DNA of 64,000 nucleotides, from positions 417-64,416 of the forward strand of contig CADAER010000005.1 in the NCBI GenBank assembly GCA_902787025.1, given 5' to 3'. The translations under genes and the position numbers were made by a program. This DNA comes from Oscillospiraceae bacterium. GTDB lineage: Bacteria > Bacillota > Clostridia > Oscillospirales > Acutalibacteraceae. Shown piece by piece: positions 8,600 through 17,013 of the stretch. The notes beneath the pieces are model-generated. The model was not told the origin of the DNA, did no database searches, and worked only from the letters and a program-made list of their open reading frames with translations. Every line of letters starts with the position of its first letter. The first letter of the stretch is position 1.

Positions 8600-10198
8600 T
8601 TACAGGGTAATGCCTACGAATGCGAGGACTTTGGTTACAAAATCGATGATATAATCGATAACCGATTTGACGAAATCAAAGATTTTGTCGAGAAGCGATT
8701 TCTCTTCGCCTTTTACGGTAAAGCTGATTGTTTTGTCTTCGCCGAGGGTGTTGCCGTTGTTTGCTTTGAGATCTTTGCCGAGCTTGAGTGTATATTCGCC
8801 GGCTGGAAGATTCTCATAGGAAAGTTCGGTGTAGCTGTTGCCTTCACCGTTCTTTGTGAAATCGGAGAAGGTTACGCCTTCGACTTTTTTGCCGTCTTTG
8901 TCATAGATGCCTATCTGCTCGAAGTTTGCCGCCTGGTTTTCGGTCATACCGCGGTCGAAAGTGATAACTATCTTGCCGCTCGCTTCAAGTTCCGCGCCTT
9001 CAAGATCGGCATCATTTGCTTTGACCGATACAAGGCTCAGGGGATTGTTGCCGCCGCCAGTTCCCGAGCCGTCGCCCTTGACGGAGAATGAAATTTCAAC
9101 CTTTTCGCCGAGTGTGTTGCCGTTCTTTGCTTTTAATTCCTTGCCGAGGGTGAGAGTGTAGTTGCCCTTTGCGAGGTTGCCGAGCGTTACGATGAATACG
9201 GTTTTATCCGAGCCTGCGGAAACGGTGGCGTCCGCCGCGGAGCCGTCTGCCGCCTTGGCTTTGATTTTTGTGATGTTGGCCGCAAGAACGGATTCATCCG
9301 TAACATTGTTTGAGAAGGTCAGAGTAATTTCCGAACCTGCGGGTATTTTTGAGTTTGCGAGGTCGGTGTCGCCGACTTTTGCGGAGACGAGTGAAATAGT
9401 CTTCTCGCCTTCGTCACCTTCGCCGCTGCCGTTGCCGACGGTAAAGGAAACGGTTACTTTAGTGCCGAGAGTGAGTTCGGTATTCTTCGCGGAGATTTCT
9501 TTGCCGAGGTTAAGGGTATATCCGCCGTCTGCGATTTCGCCGAGATTGACTGTGATAACGGTTTTATCCGAGCCTGCGGATACAGTGACGGTTTCAACTT
9601 CGGCGCCTTCGGAATCCTTGACTTTGATTTTACTTGCGTTAGCGTCAAAAACGGTTGAGTCTGTTACATTGTTGGAAAAAGTAAGGGTAATCACGGAACC
9701 CGAAGGGATTGTCGCGCCTTCAAGGTCTGTGTCGCCGACTTTTGCGGAGATCAGTGAAAGTGTCTGTTCGCCTTCACCGCTGCCGTTGCCGACGGTAAAG
9801 GATATGGTAACTTTGGTGCCGAGAGTGAGTTCGGTATTCTTAGCGGAGATTTCTTTGCCGAGGTTAAGGGTATATCCGCCGTCTGCGATTTCGCCGAGAT
9901 CGACTGTGATAACGGTTTTGTCCGAGCCCGCGGATACGGTGACGGATTCAACTTCGGCGCCTTCGGAATCCTTGACCTTGATTTTTCCCGCGTTAGCGTC
10001 AAAAACGGTTGAGTCTGTTACATTGTTGGAAAAAGTAAGGGTAATCACGGAACCCGAAGGAATTGTTGCGCCTTCAAGGTCCGTGTCGCCGACTTTTGCC
10101 GAGGTGAGAGTAAGGTCTCCCGCCACCGCGAACACGGTGACATTGAGCACCATAAGAAGTGCGAGAATAACACTGAGAACTGATGATGTTTTTTTCAT
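8600..10198 (-). CDS. Secreted/surface protein with four Ig-like (Big_5/SbsA-like) repeats
   Basis: Signal peptide MKKTSSVLSVILALLMV; four repeats ITLTFS...YTL.LGK...ISF.V; GDGSGTGGGNNPL linker; amphipathic C-terminus. Confidence 0.75.
   Translation of the reverse strand: MKKTSSVLSVILALLMVLNVTVFAVAGDLTLTSAKVGDTDLEGATIPSGSVITLTFSNNVTDSTVFDANAGKIKVKDSEGAEVESVTVSAGSDKTVITVDLGEIADGGYTLNLGKEISAKNTELTLGTKVTISFTVGNGSGEGEQTLSLISAKVGDTDLEGATIPSGSVITLTFSNNVTDSTVFDANASKIKVKDSEGAEVETVTVSAGSDKTVITVNLGEIADGGYTLNLGKEISAKNTELTLGTKVTVSFTVGNGSGEGDEGEKTISLVSAKVGDTDLANSKIPAGSEITLTFSNNVTDESVLAANITKIKAKAADGSAADATVSAGSDKTVFIVTLGNLAKGNYTLTLGKELKAKNGNTLGEKVEISFSVKGDGSGTGGGNNPLSLVSVKANDADLEGAELEASGKIVITFDRGMTENQAANFEQIGIYDKDGKKVEGVTFSDFTKNGEGNSYTELSYENLPAGEYTLKLGKDLKANNGNTLGEDKTISFTVKGEEKSLLDKIFDFVKSVIDYIIDFVTKVLAFVGITL
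9412..10099. repeat. Recent intragenic tandem duplication, 354-bp period
   Basis: ccgctgccgttgccgacggtaaagga at 9423 and 9777; the first two Ig domains are almost identical. Confidence 0.9.
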
Positions 10199-10215
10199 TT
10201 GGATGCTTCCTTTCG

Positions 10216-11307
10216 TCAAATATTATTATCTTTCTTTTTCTTTATGATTAATGCAATCGCAGGAACTGCGATGACTGCAATAATGCCCGATATGATATAC
10301 GGAAGAGCTTTGCGCGCACCGCCGTTTTCTTTCGCTTCGGAAGTGTTGTCATTCGGAGTCTGTTGAGTTACCGACCCGGAATATGTTGCGGTTGTGTCGT
10401 TTTCTTCTGTTTCGGACCACGACCATAGATCGGACTCCAAGACGGCTGTTTCCGTCTGAGTTACCGGTTCCGTTTCGCTTGCCGTTTCTGTAACCGTAAC
10501 CGCGACAGAAGTTGTATCAGAGGTTTTTTCGGGCGCGGAAGTGCCTGCCGCCGAAGTTGCTTTTGAGGTTGATACCGCCCTGTGGGTTATTTCGCGTTTT
10601 GTTTTTTCAATTACGGTTGTCTGCTTTGCCGAAACGGGTTTTACCGTGGTCTCAGGTGTTGTCGTTGCCGTTGTTGACGGCTTGGTTGCGGATTTCGACC
10701 CGGCGGCTGCCGCCGATTTCGAGGTTTTTACTTTTGTCGTCTGTTTTGCCGTGGTTGAGGGTTTGGCGGTTGTTTGTTTGGTTGTTGTGGGTTTGTTGGT
10801 TGATGTGGCCGGCGGCTTTACCGTGGTTGTTTCCGCCGCTTTGGTTGTAAAGCTTATATAAGTGTCTCTGCCGAGGCTGACACCGCTTTTTGATGTGATG
10901 TCTTTGCCGATTTTAAGAATATATGTTGTTTCCGGTTCAAGCGGTGATTTCGGCTTTATTGTGACGATTCTTTTGATTGAAGGGTCAACCTGGTCGTCTC
11001 CCATTATGACATCGACCGGCACATTTTTTCCGTTCTCATCCGTCATTGAAAAACATTTCATATTGTTTTCCTTCACGGTGAAGTGAACAACATTTTTATT
11101 GAAATTGAGAACGATTTCGGGAGTCAGCGAGACATTCTGCGCTCCGTTTGAAACGCTTGAAGATTCAAGCGCGAGCGGTTTATCCTTTCCGCCGCCCGTG
11201 CCGTCGCCGTTGCCGCCTTCCGCATAAGCAAAGAATGCGAAAGTCAGCGCAATCAGAGCGGCGGTAATCAATGCCGTTACTCTCAGCGCGGTTTTTCTGT
11301 TCATCAT
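10216..11307 (-). CDS. Membrane-anchored surface protein: Ig-like domain on a Thr/Ser/Lys-rich stalk
   Basis: Signal peptide, GNGDGTGGGKDKPL, Ig-like domain similar to the 8600 repeats, low-complexity stalk, C-terminal TM helix plus KKKK. Confidence 0.75.
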   Translation of the reverse strand: MMNRKTALRVTALITAALIALTFAFFAYAEGGNGDGTGGGKDKPLALESSSVSNGAQNVSLTPEIVLNFNKNVVHFTVKENNMKCFSMTDENGKNVPVDVIMGDDQVDPSIKRIVTIKPKSPLEPETTYILKIGKDITSKSGVSLGRDTYISFTTKAAETTTVKPPATSTNKPTTTKQTTAKPSTTAKQTTKVKTSKSAAAAGSKSATKPSTTATTTPETTVKPVSAKQTTVIEKTKREITHRAVSTSKATSAAGTSAPEKTSDTTSVAVTVTETASETEPVTQTETAVLESDLWSWSETEENDTTATYSGSVTQQTPNDNTSEAKENGGARKALPYIISGIIAVIAVPAIALIIKKKKDNNI

Positions 11308-11309
11308 TT

Positions 11310-11513
11310 TCACCTCTTCATACACTCAAAACTGTCGGCTGTCCAGCGGCGGTAGCGGCAGTTGTAGCAGCTTACCGCATCGTCACACACAAGCTCGTCT
11401 TCGCAGTCTTCCGAGAAGAACAGGCAGTTTTCCGCTTCCCGCGCGGCAGCGTCAAATGCGCTTTTGCCGCCTGAGAATACGGTTTTTCCGTTTATTTTCA
11501 TCCATGCTGTCAT
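11310..11513 (-). CDS. Small Cys-rich protein
   Basis: CLFFSEDCEDELVC...SCYNCRYRRW...FEC; ATGA overlap with the upstream gene. Confidence 0.7.
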   Translation of the reverse strand: MTAWMKINGKTVFSGGKSAFDAAAREAENCLFFSEDCEDELVCDDAVSCYNCRYRRWTADSFECMKR

Positions 11514-12247
11514 TGGTTTTTCTCTTTGTTCTTTTTGATTTTCGGTTTGGGCATATAACAGCCGTTTTCATTAACTATGACGGCGGTAACCTGTCCTTTG
11601 CTGTAAAGCAGTTTTGTGGGATGAACAAATCTTATTGAAAGATTCTCCGTTATTTTGTTGCCCTCTTCATCGGCAAAACGGGCAACGCCGTAAACCGAGG
11701 CGAACTCGGAGAGAGTCCATTCGGGCTTGTTCGGGAGCGGTTGCAGCTTGCCTTTGATTCTGCCCTCTTCTTTCCCCGCGCGAAGAGCCGCGCCCGCGAG
11801 CGCGCCGATTATACCGCCGCCCGTGCCGCCGTGTTCGCTCAGATGAATTTCGCCTGAGAAATTTTCAGCCGCCTTGTATGCGTCCTGCTTTGTGAGAACT
11901 TCGTTTTGCGCACGCTTTCCGAAAGCGATGAGAGATGAATAATCGAGATTTTCGTCATCGGGCAGAATGCAGAGGCCGGGATCGGAGCCTTCGGCGGAGT
12001 ATTCTTCGAGATAACTCTCACAGAATCCAGTGAACGCATCAAGGTCGGTTGTTTCGACTGTGCAGCACATTGAGCTGTTGTGGGAGGTGTATGGGATATC
12101 TTCGTGAATATAAAGCTGGTAGCGGACCGTGAATCCGCTTTTCGCGAGGTCTTTGATTGCCGCCTCGCCCATCATATTCTCGAGGAGTTCACCCGTGCCG
12201 ATGCTGTCGTAATTGTCGGTGTCATCTATGCAGACAAACAGTTTCAA
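11510..12247 (-). CDS. Stand-alone TiaS N-terminal-like (DDTD motif) protein
   Basis: CIDDTD...GTG, QLY...IPYTSHNSSMC, SDPGLC, GGTGGGIIGALAG; no OB-fold or Zn-ribbon tRNA-binding domains. Confidence 0.65.
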   Translation of the reverse strand: MKLFVCIDDTDNYDSIGTGELLENMMGEAAIKDLAKSGFTVRYQLYIHEDIPYTSHNSSMCCTVETTDLDAFTGFCESYLEEYSAEGSDPGLCILPDDENLDYSSLIAFGKRAQNEVLTKQDAYKAAENFSGEIHLSEHGGTGGGIIGALAGAALRAGKEEGRIKGKLQPLPNKPEWTLSEFASVYGVARFADEEGNKITENLSIRFVHPTKLLYSKGQVTAVIVNENGCYMPKPKIKKNKEKNQ

Positions 12248-13320
12248 GCGGCATCCTCCTTATGCTCGGTTTTCGGCTCGCGCATTTCGGTGCCTTCGAT
12301 TATCGCGCCGAGCCAGTCATCGTTTATTTCAAAACCGAAAAAGTTTTTGTAAAAGGTTTTTATTTCGGCGTTCATATCTACTTCGAATGTGTCGGGATAA
12401 AGCAGATTCATAAGCCAGAGCATCGCGAGAGGCGTTTCAAAACTTGAGGGATGCCCCCATCTTGTTATGCCGATGGGGATCTGATAAACCTCGCCGTTCT
12501 GCACGCAGGAGAGCCCCTGCCATTTGGAGTCGCCCAGAATGTAGTCATCCACCTGCGCCTCGTTGCAGATGATTATGTCGGGATTCCATGCGTAAATCTG
12601 CTCGAGGGTTGTGTATGCCTTTTCGCCTTCGATGCTTAATTTTCCGCTTTCGACCGAGACATTTTCGACTCCCGTCAGGGCTATCCATTCGGCGCAGTAG
12701 CTGCCCTCATAATCGGTGCGCACCGCTTCGTTGACGGAGTGATAGAGGCGTTTCGGCGTTCCCTGCGCGCCATTTTGCGCGCGGTCAATAACAGAGCGGA
12801 AATATGAAACATATTCTTCCGCTTTTCCGGTGTTGCCGAAGGTAGTGCCGAGAATTTCAACGGCTTCGAGCTGGTCTTCTATGGTGTTGTAATCAATTAC
12901 GATATAAGGGATTCCCATGGCGTCGATTTTGGCGCGCTCGGTTGAGTCCTCATAAACGCCTGAATTAAGAATAATGAGGTCGGTATTTCTCGCCATAATT
13001 TCCTCCGCGTTGACCGAACCGCTGTTTTTGACAACAACTGCGTTTTCAAGTGAAGGACAAATCTGCATAAGCAGGCGGCTTCTCGCCGCGTTGTTTGTGA
13101 AGGAAGTGATTTTGTCTCCGCTGCCGAGCATAACGATTATCGGACCTGAGAACGGACAGAGCGTGCAGACGGACTGCGGATTTTCAGGCACGGAAACCTC
13201 TCTGCCGACGGAATCCGTCACGACGAAACCGTCCTTCCCGGGAGTCGCCTTCGGTGTGCAGCCGCAGATTGAAACCATTATTAAAATGAGCGTTATTGTA
13301 AGAGCCGAGCATCTTTTCAT
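12244..13320 (-). CDS. Type II ABC substrate-binding lipoprotein (FecB/BtuF/MolA-like)
   Basis: Lipobox ICGC, VTDSVGREVSVP, LEQIYAWNPDIII. Confidence 0.85.
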   Translation of the reverse strand: MKRCSALTITLILIMVSICGCTPKATPGKDGFVVTDSVGREVSVPENPQSVCTLCPFSGPIIVMLGSGDKITSFTNNAARSRLLMQICPSLENAVVVKNSGSVNAEEIMARNTDLIILNSGVYEDSTERAKIDAMGIPYIVIDYNTIEDQLEAVEILGTTFGNTGKAEEYVSYFRSVIDRAQNGAQGTPKRLYHSVNEAVRTDYEGSYCAEWIALTGVENVSVESGKLSIEGEKAYTTLEQIYAWNPDIIICNEAQVDDYILGDSKWQGLSCVQNGEVYQIPIGITRWGHPSSFETPLAMLWLMNLLYPDTFEVDMNAEIKTFYKNFFGFEINDDWLGAIIEGTEMREPKTEHKEDAA

Positions 13321-13335
13321 AAGGGATTCTCCTTA

Positions 13336-14139
13336 TTATATATCACTGCCGATAACGGCAACTGTTTTTACTGTTTTGCCTCCGGCTTTTATCTCTGTAA
13401 CCTCGGCGCGAACGCCGTAAACCTCTCTGAGCGTTTCCGGAGTGATGAGTTCGCCGGGCGCGCCCGTGCGGAAGGGTTTGCCCTTGCAGAGCATAACCGC
13501 TTTTGAGGGGATGCCCTCCGATTCAAAATACAGAGGATGCTGCAAAGCGTGTGTTGCCATAAGCACGGAAATACCGTCGCTTCGCACAAGATCCGAGAGC
13601 ATTTCGAGAAACAGCAGTTCGTTTTTGAAATCGAGCGAGCTTGTGGGTTCGTCGAGAACAATGAGAGGCGCTTTCTGCGCGAGAGCGCGAGCCAAAAGAA
13701 CGAGTTTTCGTTCGCCTCCCGAAAGCTCGGTGTAAGGTCTTTCGGAGAAGTTTTCAATTCCCGTGCGGGCTATGGCGTAATCGCAGATTTCGTAATCCTC
13801 TTTGCCGGGCGCTCCTAAAAGCCCGGACTGCGCTGTTCTGCCCATCAGCACAACCTCGCGCACTGTGTATGGAAAAGTCGGCGCGTGAACCTGCGGAACA
13901 TAAGAGACAAGTTTAGCGAGTTCGGGACGGGAAAGAGTTAAAACATCTTTGCCGCAGACCGAAACTAAACCCGAAAATGTGCGATGGAAACCGAGAACAC
14001 AGTCAAGCAGAGTGGTTTTTCCGCTTCCGTTTGGTCCGAGAAGGCATATTATTTCGCCTTTGTCCGCAGACAGCGAAAGGTTTTCAAGGAGGGGTGTTTT
14101 ATCGTATGAAAAAGAGAGGTTGTCAATGTTTAAAATCAC
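13336..14139 (-). CDS. Type II ABC transporter ATP-binding protein
   Basis: GPNGSGKTT, LSGGE, LDEPT; start reassigned to GTG 14139, overlapping the permease stop. Confidence 0.9.
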   Translation of the reverse strand: MILNIDNLSFSYDKTPLLENLSLSADKGEIICLLGPNGSGKTTLLDCVLGFHRTFSGLVSVCGKDVLTLSRPELAKLVSYVPQVHAPTFPYTVREVVLMGRTAQSGLLGAPGKEDYEICDYAIARTGIENFSERPYTELSGGERKLVLLARALAQKAPLIVLDEPTSSLDFKNELLFLEMLSDLVRSDGISVLMATHALQHPLYFESEGIPSKAVMLCKGKPFRTGAPGELITPETLREVYGVRAEVTEIKAGGKTVKTVAVIGSDI

Positions 14140-15149
14140 GCTTTGAAACCTCCCTTCGTCTTTTTGAGAAGGTAAACGAAGAAGGGTGTGCCAATGAGGG
14201 CGCAGAGGATGCCTATGGGTATTTCCGAACCTGTCAATGTGCGAGAGAGCAGGTCCATAATTACCATAAACGCCGCGCCGAGAGAGATGCTGACGGGAAT
14301 CAGCTTCTGGTTGCTGTTGCCCGTGAGCATTCTGCCGATATGGGGAATCACAAGCCCCACCCAGCCGATGGTGCCGCTTATGCACACGGCGGCGGCTGTG
14401 CAGAGGGTGGCGCCTCCGATAATGAGAATCTGCGCTTTTTTCACATCAAGCCCGAGCGAGGCGGCTTCCCTCTCGCCCATAGACAGAACATTGAGTTTCC
14501 ACCGTGACAGGAAAATGAGAAGCATACCCAATCCCATCGGAATCAGTGCGTAAAGGTGGGAATAATTGATTGAAGCGAAACTGCCCATAAACCAGAATGT
14601 GATTGAGGGAAGCTGACTATATGGATCGGCGACATATTTCATTATTGAAACAAGGGCGCTGAAAAATGCGCCTACAATAACACCGCCGAGAATCATTGTA
14701 ATTGATGTTGTCACGCGCGAGATTCTGCCCGCGAAATAACTGAGAAGAACCGCGGCAACCGCGAATACAAACGAAAAGAAATATGTGAATACTCCGCCGC
14801 CGAAGAAAACTATCGCCACGCAGGCACCGAAGCCCGCTCCGTTTGATACGCCGAGAATACCCGAATTGACAAGCGGATTGCGGAAAACGCTCTGGAACGC
14901 AGCGCCCGACACCGCGAGAGACGCGCCGACAAAGGCGGAGGCAATCGCTCTGGGAAGGCGGAGATGAAGCACCGCGACACGGGAGGCGAGAGGCACGCTT
15001 TCGGGTTTTATGAGCGAGAGTGCGACTTCGCTGAGCGGTATGTGATATCTGCCGAAAAACAGCGAAATGAAAACAGCGAGGAACGGTATAATGAGAAGCA
15101 GAGCTTTTACAGGCAGAGAAAGAGTGCCCGCAGACTTGTTCTTTTGCAT
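14136..15149 (-). CDS. FecCD/BtuC-family permease
   Basis: LRLPR, FRNPL, GWVGLVIPH, EIPIG. Confidence 0.9.
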   Translation of the reverse strand: MQKNKSAGTLSLPVKALLLIIPFLAVFISLFFGRYHIPLSEVALSLIKPESVPLASRVAVLHLRLPRAIASAFVGASLAVSGAAFQSVFRNPLVNSGILGVSNGAGFGACVAIVFFGGGVFTYFFSFVFAVAAVLLSYFAGRISRVTTSITMILGGVIVGAFFSALVSIMKYVADPYSQLPSITFWFMGSFASINYSHLYALIPMGLGMLLIFLSRWKLNVLSMGEREAASLGLDVKKAQILIIGGATLCTAAAVCISGTIGWVGLVIPHIGRMLTGNSNQKLIPVSISLGAAFMVIMDLLSRTLTGSEIPIGILCALIGTPFFVYLLKKTKGGFKA

Positions 15150-15183
15150 TTGCTCCGCTCCTTTCCGTCTGTTTTTGCTGAAA

Positions 15184-15618
15184 TTACAAAACGGTTATTT
15201 CGTCGTTTTCTTTAACTGTGCCGCCTTCGAGAACAATGCCGAAAATGCCTTCTTTGGGCATAATGCACTGGCCGACGAGTTCTCTTATGGCGCAGCCGTC
15301 ATGGCACTCCTTGCCTATCTGGGTTACCTCAATTACGGCTTCATCGCCGATTTTCAGTTTTGTGCCTATGGGAAGAGTGTGAAGTTCAATGCCCTCGGTG
15401 GTGATGTTCTCCGCGAACATACCGTGGCAGAGGCCGTCCGTTCTCATTCCTTTTGCTTTTTCAATGCTTTCTTTGGCGAGCAGACTTACCTGACGATGCC
15501 ACTTGCCCGCGTGTGCGTCGCCCTCAAAGCCGAAATCTTTTATGAGTTTACCCTCCGGAATTGTCTTTTTCGGAGTTTTCTTTTTTTCGCTGATGTTTAC
15601 AGCAACTACTTTTGCCAT
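15184..15618 (-). CDS. MOSC-domain protein
   Basis: GDAHAGKWHRQVSLL, FAENIT, QIGKECH, CIMPKEGIF. Confidence 0.9.
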   Translation of the reverse strand: MAKVVAVNISEKKKTPKKTIPEGKLIKDFGFEGDAHAGKWHRQVSLLAKESIEKAKGMRTDGLCHGMFAENITTEGIELHTLPIGTKLKIGDEAVIEVTQIGKECHDGCAIRELVGQCIMPKEGIFGIVLEGGTVKENDEITVL

Positions 15619-15619
15619 A

Positions 15620-16555
15620 TTATCCTCCCGTTCTGTTAAGCCCGTGACCGGTATTTTTGTTTTCAAAACTGTGCCCCGCGGGCTTTTTCAGAATTGTATT
15701 TTTAACTTCTTCAAGAAGTCTGTCTTCGTCGTCAATGAACTGCATTATGTCATAGGCGGTGTCATAACCGAGGCAGGGTTTGACTTTACCGTCCGAGAGC
15801 AGGCGGATTCTGTTGCAGTCGGAGCAGAATTTCTGAGTAATCGGGTTTATGAGGCCTATTCTGCCTTTGAAGCCGTCGGCGGAATAATACCGTGCCGTGC
15901 CTTCTTTATAATCAATCGGGCTGAGAAACGGAAATTCTTTTAAAAGCTCATCGCCCGTTACTATAAGCGAGGCGTTTTCACCCTCATCGGAAAACGGCAT
16001 AAGCTCAATGAAGCGCACATCGATATTTCTTTTTTTCGCAAGATTGATAAGCTCCCCCGCTCCGTCATCGTTTACGCCTTTCATCAACACGGCGTTGATT
16101 TTTACGGGCGATAATCCTGCGCTCTGCGCTTCGTCGATTCCTTCAAGCACTTTTTTGAGCACATCCGCTCCCGTGAGGTGGCGGTAGGTGCTGCCGTCGG
16201 TGCTGTCAAGACTGATATTGACGCTGTCGAGCCCCGCTTTTTTCAGGTCTTCTGCATATTGAGCGAGGTAAACTCCGTTGGTTGTCAGGGCGAGCGTTTC
16301 AACGCCCGCGATTGAGTGTATTTTTTTCGTTATTTCGCAGATGTCTTTCCGCACAAGCGGTTCGCCGCCCGTAATGCGGACTTTGTTTATTCCGCATTTC
16401 ACAAACGCTCTCACAAGTTTTTCGATCGTTCCGGGAGAAAGCTCGGTCTCCTTTTTGGCGCAGTCGCTCTTGCCGCAATACACACAGTTGAGATTGCAGC
16501 GCTGAGTTACGGACACACGCAGATATGAAATTTCTCTGCCGAAATTATCCTTCAT
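15620..16555 (-). CDS. moaA: GTP 3',8-cyclase (radical SAM)
   Basis: CNLNCVYC, TGGEPL, FCSDCNRIRL...CL, C-terminal GG. Confidence 0.95.
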   Translation of the reverse strand: MKDNFGREISYLRVSVTQRCNLNCVYCGKSDCAKKETELSPGTIEKLVRAFVKCGINKVRITGGEPLVRKDICEITKKIHSIAGVETLALTTNGVYLAQYAEDLKKAGLDSVNISLDSTDGSTYRHLTGADVLKKVLEGIDEAQSAGLSPVKINAVLMKGVNDDGAGELINLAKKRNIDVRFIELMPFSDEGENASLIVTGDELLKEFPFLSPIDYKEGTARYYSADGFKGRIGLINPITQKFCSDCNRIRLLSDGKVKPCLGYDTAYDIMQFIDDEDRLLEEVKNTILKKPAGHSFENKNTGHGLNRTGG

Positions 16556-17012
16556 TATGATAATCGCTCTTTCCGCCCGTTTTTTCGAGCAGTTTTATTT
16601 CTTCAATAACCATATCCTTGCCCATTGCCTTGCACATATCGTAAACGGTTAATGCGGCTATTGAAGCGCCTGTTACGGCTTCCATTTCGATACCCGTTTT
16701 GTAGGTGCATTTCGCGCGGACATAAATACCTAGAGCGCAGTCGCTCTCCTTTTCAAAATCAACGGTGATTTTATCAATCGGGATATTGTGGCACAGCGGA
16801 ATAAGTTCGCTCGTTTTTTTAGCGCCCATTATTCCCGCGATACGCGCGGCGGCAAGCCCGTCGCCTTTTTTGAGATCCGCGTTCAAAAGTGCCTCCAGGG
16901 CTTCGGGTTTCATTTTTATTCTCGCGTAGGCGGTAGCGGTGCGTTCGGTTGTTTCTTTCCCACCGATATCGACCATTACCGCTTCGCCGTTTTCGTTAAT
17001 ATGAGTCAGCAT
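16545..17012 (-). CDS. moaC: Cyclic pyranopterin monophosphate synthase
   Basis: LTH...MVDIGGK, LIPLCH, TGIEMEA, YDMCKA, KTGGKS. Confidence 0.95.
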   Translation of the reverse strand: MLTHINENGEAVMVDIGGKETTERTATAYARIKMKPEALEALLNADLKKGDGLAAARIAGIMGAKKTSELIPLCHNIPIDKITVDFEKESDCALGIYVRAKCTYKTGIEMEAVTGASIAALTVYDMCKAMGKDMVIEEIKLLEKTGGKSDYHNEG

Positions 17013-17013
17013 T

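Noticed and set aside
9162-10247. 361-aa plus-strand ORF
   Set aside because: Antisense shadow of the repetitive Ig-like gene; no RBS or recognisable motifs.
14140-14385. His/Arg-rich N-terminal extension of the ABC ATPase
   Set aside because: Overlaps the permease out of frame; GTG at 14139 gives a normal-length ATPase.
12244-15149. Calling this an iron-siderophore or B12 transporter
   Set aside because: The family fits, but the operon context is Mo/W; no cobalamin riboswitch or Fur-like box was seen, so substrate is left open.
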